Of a stretch of 64,000 nt of DNA, positions 60,344 to 64,000 are shown piece by piece. Each line of letters opens with the position of its first letter. Within the stretch, counting starts at the first letter, position 1. The notes under the pieces are model-generated. The model was not told where the DNA came from and searched no databases. It saw only the letters and a list, made by a program, of their open reading frames with translations. The translations under genes and the position numbers were made by a program. The DNA is from Bacillota bacterium. Lineage in GTDB: Bacteria > Bacillota > Clostridia > Lachnospirales > Lachnospiraceae. The stretch is taken from assembly GCA_023411225.1 (NCBI GenBank), contig JAEYPA010000081.1:2229-66228 (forward strand), read 5' to 3'.

Positions 60344-60373
60344 TTTACTAAATAGTCAACTTGTTTTAGTAAA
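60344..60373. promoter_or_regulatory. candidate GalR operator
   Basis: Inverted TTTACTAAA / TTTAGTAAA between divergent galK and galR. Confidence 0.5.
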
Positions 60374-60421
60374 TGTTTAATGTTTTTACTTGCTTTTTTT
60401 ATTAACTTTTTTTATTATTAG

Positions 60422-61456
<1,035 letters not shown>

Positions 61457-61510
61457 CTTATTGATGAATTACCAAAGGTTAGGGGTAGATAAGCCAAACT
61501 TGCTAGGAAA

Positions 61511-61983
61511 CTAGCAATATGGTTCCTTTACCTTATCTATCCACTTTCCTAACAGATAGATTAATAAGAGGGAAAGAATACTTTCTATAAGAACAATCAC
61601 TAAGGTATTCAGCTGCAAGGTACTAACAGTTCCACACAGATATACACAGAAAGACCACTGGATAAAGATTGACATTTCAAAGACTATTTGCCCTATAGGC
61701 ATATTGGCTTTAAAAAAGAAATGTTCATGTGATATTGTTTTAAACCTCTCCATGGCAAAATTAGCCGTCTGAAAAATAATCTGTAAGAAACCAGCTAGCA
61801 TAACGTTAATACAAAGCTTTGCCAAAAGTTCTATATATCCTGATTTACTTCTTTGTTTTCCAGCGTAAACCCAGGTTGTTTCAATATCGACATAACATTG
61901 TTAAGGGGAAGAAACATCAGATATACTCCAGAGCATACCAAAGCAAGAAAAAGAATCCTATTACCATTTTAATGAATTATCAT
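61511..61983 (-). pseudogene. probable frameshifted membrane protein gene
   Basis: Hydrophobic frame (QCYVDIETTW...LAKLCINVML...) begins after a TAA; upstream hydrophobic segment ILFLALVCSGVYLMFLP lies in another frame. Confidence 0.4.
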
Positions 61984-62153
61984 ATACTCACGATTACAAT
62001 AATAAAGTCTTAATATTATTTAGGATTTCCTTCTTTAATTTAACATTTTCTATTAGTATAATATATATATATTTAGGGGACTACAAAATTCATGATTTAT
62101 CTCTATATGCGATTTAACCTCTATCTTATACTCGTTAGAAAGAAGGTCTATAA

Positions 62154-62537
62154 TTGAAGAAACTATCAAAAATAAGAATAATCATTCCAGTAGCTTGTAT
62201 TCTTCTTTTGGTGGCAAAATGGTACTATAATTCTTATTTTCTTACATACAGATTTAACGAAAATGATGTAATACGAATAACTATCAGTGGTAACAGTGAA
62301 AAAGATATATGCGATAAAAGTACTATTAAAAAGATAAAAAGCTTATATAATAAGATGGAAGTTGAAAGAAAAATAGATACCTACCAAGAAAGCCCCTGTA
62401 CACCAGACAATATACTAACAATAGAGTTAAGCAATGGAGATCACATAGCAATTGAAGACTTTGGCTACCTCTTTGTCACCAGAGATCATAGAAACGAATC
62501 AGGGAAATATAGCAGTGACCGATATGGATATCTATGA
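62154..62537 (+). CDS. hypothetical exported protein, possibly frameshifted near the C-terminus
   Basis: TTG start with RBS, N-terminal TM; a shifted frame continues MDIYEQEEFTEFIRNLANG* to 62583. Confidence 0.55.
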   Translation: MKKLSKIRIIIPVACILLLVAKWYYNSYFLTYRFNENDVIRITISGNSEKDICDKSTIKKIKSLYNKMEVERKIDTYQESPCTPDNILTIELSNGDHIAIEDFGYLFVTRDHRNESGKYSSDRYGYL

Positions 62538-62627
62538 ACAAGAGGAGTTTACAGAGTTTATCCGTAATCTGGCAAATGGTTAATTGTGTCTAACAAGAGT
62601 TTTACTCGGATACTGAGTATTACCCTG

Positions 62628-62668
62628 TAAAAAAAGAACCGTCACATATGCTGACAGTTCTTTTTTTG
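62628..62668. terminator. bidirectional terminator
   Basis: AAAAAAAGAACCGTCA...TGACAGTTCTTTTTTT between convergent genes. Confidence 0.75.
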
Positions 62669-62673
62669 AATAT

Positions 62674-63321
62674 TCACTTCTTAATCTCTAAGTCTGATTC
62701 CGAAAACTTTATTCCAATATATTTAATGATAAGATCGACACAATGATCTCGCCCAATTTTGTCACTATTTAATATCATGTGATAATTAATAGGATTCGTC
62801 CAATTTCTACCCTTGGTATAGTAGTTGTAATACTGAGCACGATACCTGTCAGTACTTTGAATAAGCTGTCCTGCACGTTCCTTTGATATATACATTTTAC
62901 TCATTACCGATTTTAAACAAGCCTCTCTTGGTGCCTCTACATATATACTGATTACATTATCATACTCTCTTAATATGTAATCTGCACATTTTCCGATGAT
63001 AACGCAGCTTTCTGTCTTTGCTAGGTTACGTATTAATTCTGCCTGAATATTATATAGATTGACATCAGAGACAAATTTCTTCTCATGGGGTTCCAAAACA
63101 GTAGTGGGAGGTATTTTGTGTAACATACTGGCCAGCTTTTTGCTACGTAATCTTTCATCAGTCTCTACAAATAGACTTTCATCAATGCCACTTTTATCTG
63201 ATGCAATGGTGAGTAACTGTCTGTCATAGCATACTATGCCAAGTTTGTTTGCTAACTTTGTGCCTATTTCTTTTCCTCCACTACCAAATCCTCTTGCTAT
63301 TGTTATTACAACATTGTCCAT
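62674..63321 (-). CDS. cytidylate kinase-like family protein
   Basis: ITIARGFGSGGKEIG, SCVIIGKCADYIL, DRYRAQYYNYYT. Confidence 0.88.
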   Translation of the reverse strand: MDNVVITIARGFGSGGKEIGTKLANKLGIVCYDRQLLTIASDKSGIDESLFVETDERLRSKKLASMLHKIPPTTVLEPHEKKFVSDVNLYNIQAELIRNLAKTESCVIIGKCADYILREYDNVISIYVEAPREACLKSVMSKMYISKERAGQLIQSTDRYRAQYYNYYTKGRNWTNPINYHMILNSDKIGRDHCVDLIIKYIGIKFSESDLEIKK

Positions 63322-63335
63322 AGGCTGACCTCCTA

Positions 63336-64000
63336 TTATATACTCTCATCCGCTTTAAGCACAGCATTTAACATAATTGTTGCTCCATCCGTGCAGTGTT
63401 CTGGTTTTGAGTATTCATGCTCACAATGAGACAAACCATCTTTTGATTGCACAAAGATCATAGTGGTAGGTAGCATATAGGATGCAAATTGCGCATCATG
63501 ACCAGCCCCAGAATGAATATACTGATGACTTACTCCTGCCTCTTTGGCAGCCATTTTTACATAGTTCACTAGTTTTTCATCCCAATATACAGTATCTCTA
63601 TTCCATGCCTTTTCTACTTTACAAGAGCAGCCTGACCATAGCTTTTCCTCACAGCTTTTAACAATAGCAAGAACCTTTTTTAAAACCTCAGGATTTTCAT
63701 GTCTAGCATCAAAGGAGAAATCAAAATAATCCGGTACACAGGTATGTACACATGGATGGCATATCACTTCTCCCGTGGTGTATACAAGTTCTGATATGCC
63801 TAACTGATCGATTTCTTCATGTAGGTAACAGATTGCCTGGGACGCTGCATAAAAAGCATCCTTTCGTTTTTGCATTGGGAATGTGCCGGCATGGGTGGTC
63901 TGTCCAAAAAACTTTAGTCTATAATTAAACATTCCTAATACACAATCAACCACACCTATAGCATTTCCATTATCCTCAAGAATAGGGCCCTGCTCTATGT
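63336..64000 (-). CDS. M20 Zn-dependent amidohydrolase (beta-ureidopropionase/allantoate amidohydrolase-like), 3' part
   Basis: Frame is open to the window edge: HIEQGPILE, HAGTFPM, SGAGHDAQ, GLSHCEHE. Confidence 0.88.
   Translation of the reverse strand, partial: IEQGPILEDNGNAIGVVDCVLGMFNYRLKFFGQTTHAGTFPMQKRKDAFYAASQAICYLHEEIDQLGISELVYTTGEVICHPCVHTCVPDYFDFSFDARHENPEVLKKVLAIVKSCEEKLWSGCSCKVEKAWNRDTVYWDEKLVNYVKMAAKEAGVSHQYIHSGAGHDAQFASYMLPTTMIFVQSKDGLSHCEHEYSKPEHCTDGATIMLNAVLKADESI

Overview
AT-rich chromosomal window from a Firmicute, most likely a Lachnospiraceae/Clostridiales organism; nearly all genes are on the minus strand. From left to right: (1) a ROK-regulated sugar/polyol operon (AraB-type kinase, cupin, SDR, ABC importer, split transketolase); (2) relics of a mobilisable element around a cargo gene with a sigma-28-like promoter, then folD/fchA and an aldo-keto reductase; (3) an integrase-less island of about 18.7 kb bounded by a direct repeat of the 3' end of an unusual tRNA-Leu(AAG). 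The island carries a maltodextrin operon and an odd LacI-controlled sugar-ABC operon with an MlrC/M81 hydrolase, an M24-fold protein lacking most metal ligands, a rhodopsin-less ASRT protein and a mutarotase; (4) a candidate structured ncRNA next to a complete divergent agr-type quorum-sensing locus, whose agrD (predicted ring CWFYF) is missing from the ORF track and whose operon ends in a degenerate ABC-ATPase-like gene; (5) tRNA-Asn and three two-component/ABC exporter modules; (6) galT-galK-galR, two probably frameshifted small genes, a cytidylate-kinase-like gene and a partial M20 amidohydrolase. No CRISPR array, rRNA, intact transposase or integrase was seen. All family assignments come from reading motifs by eye; no database search was run.
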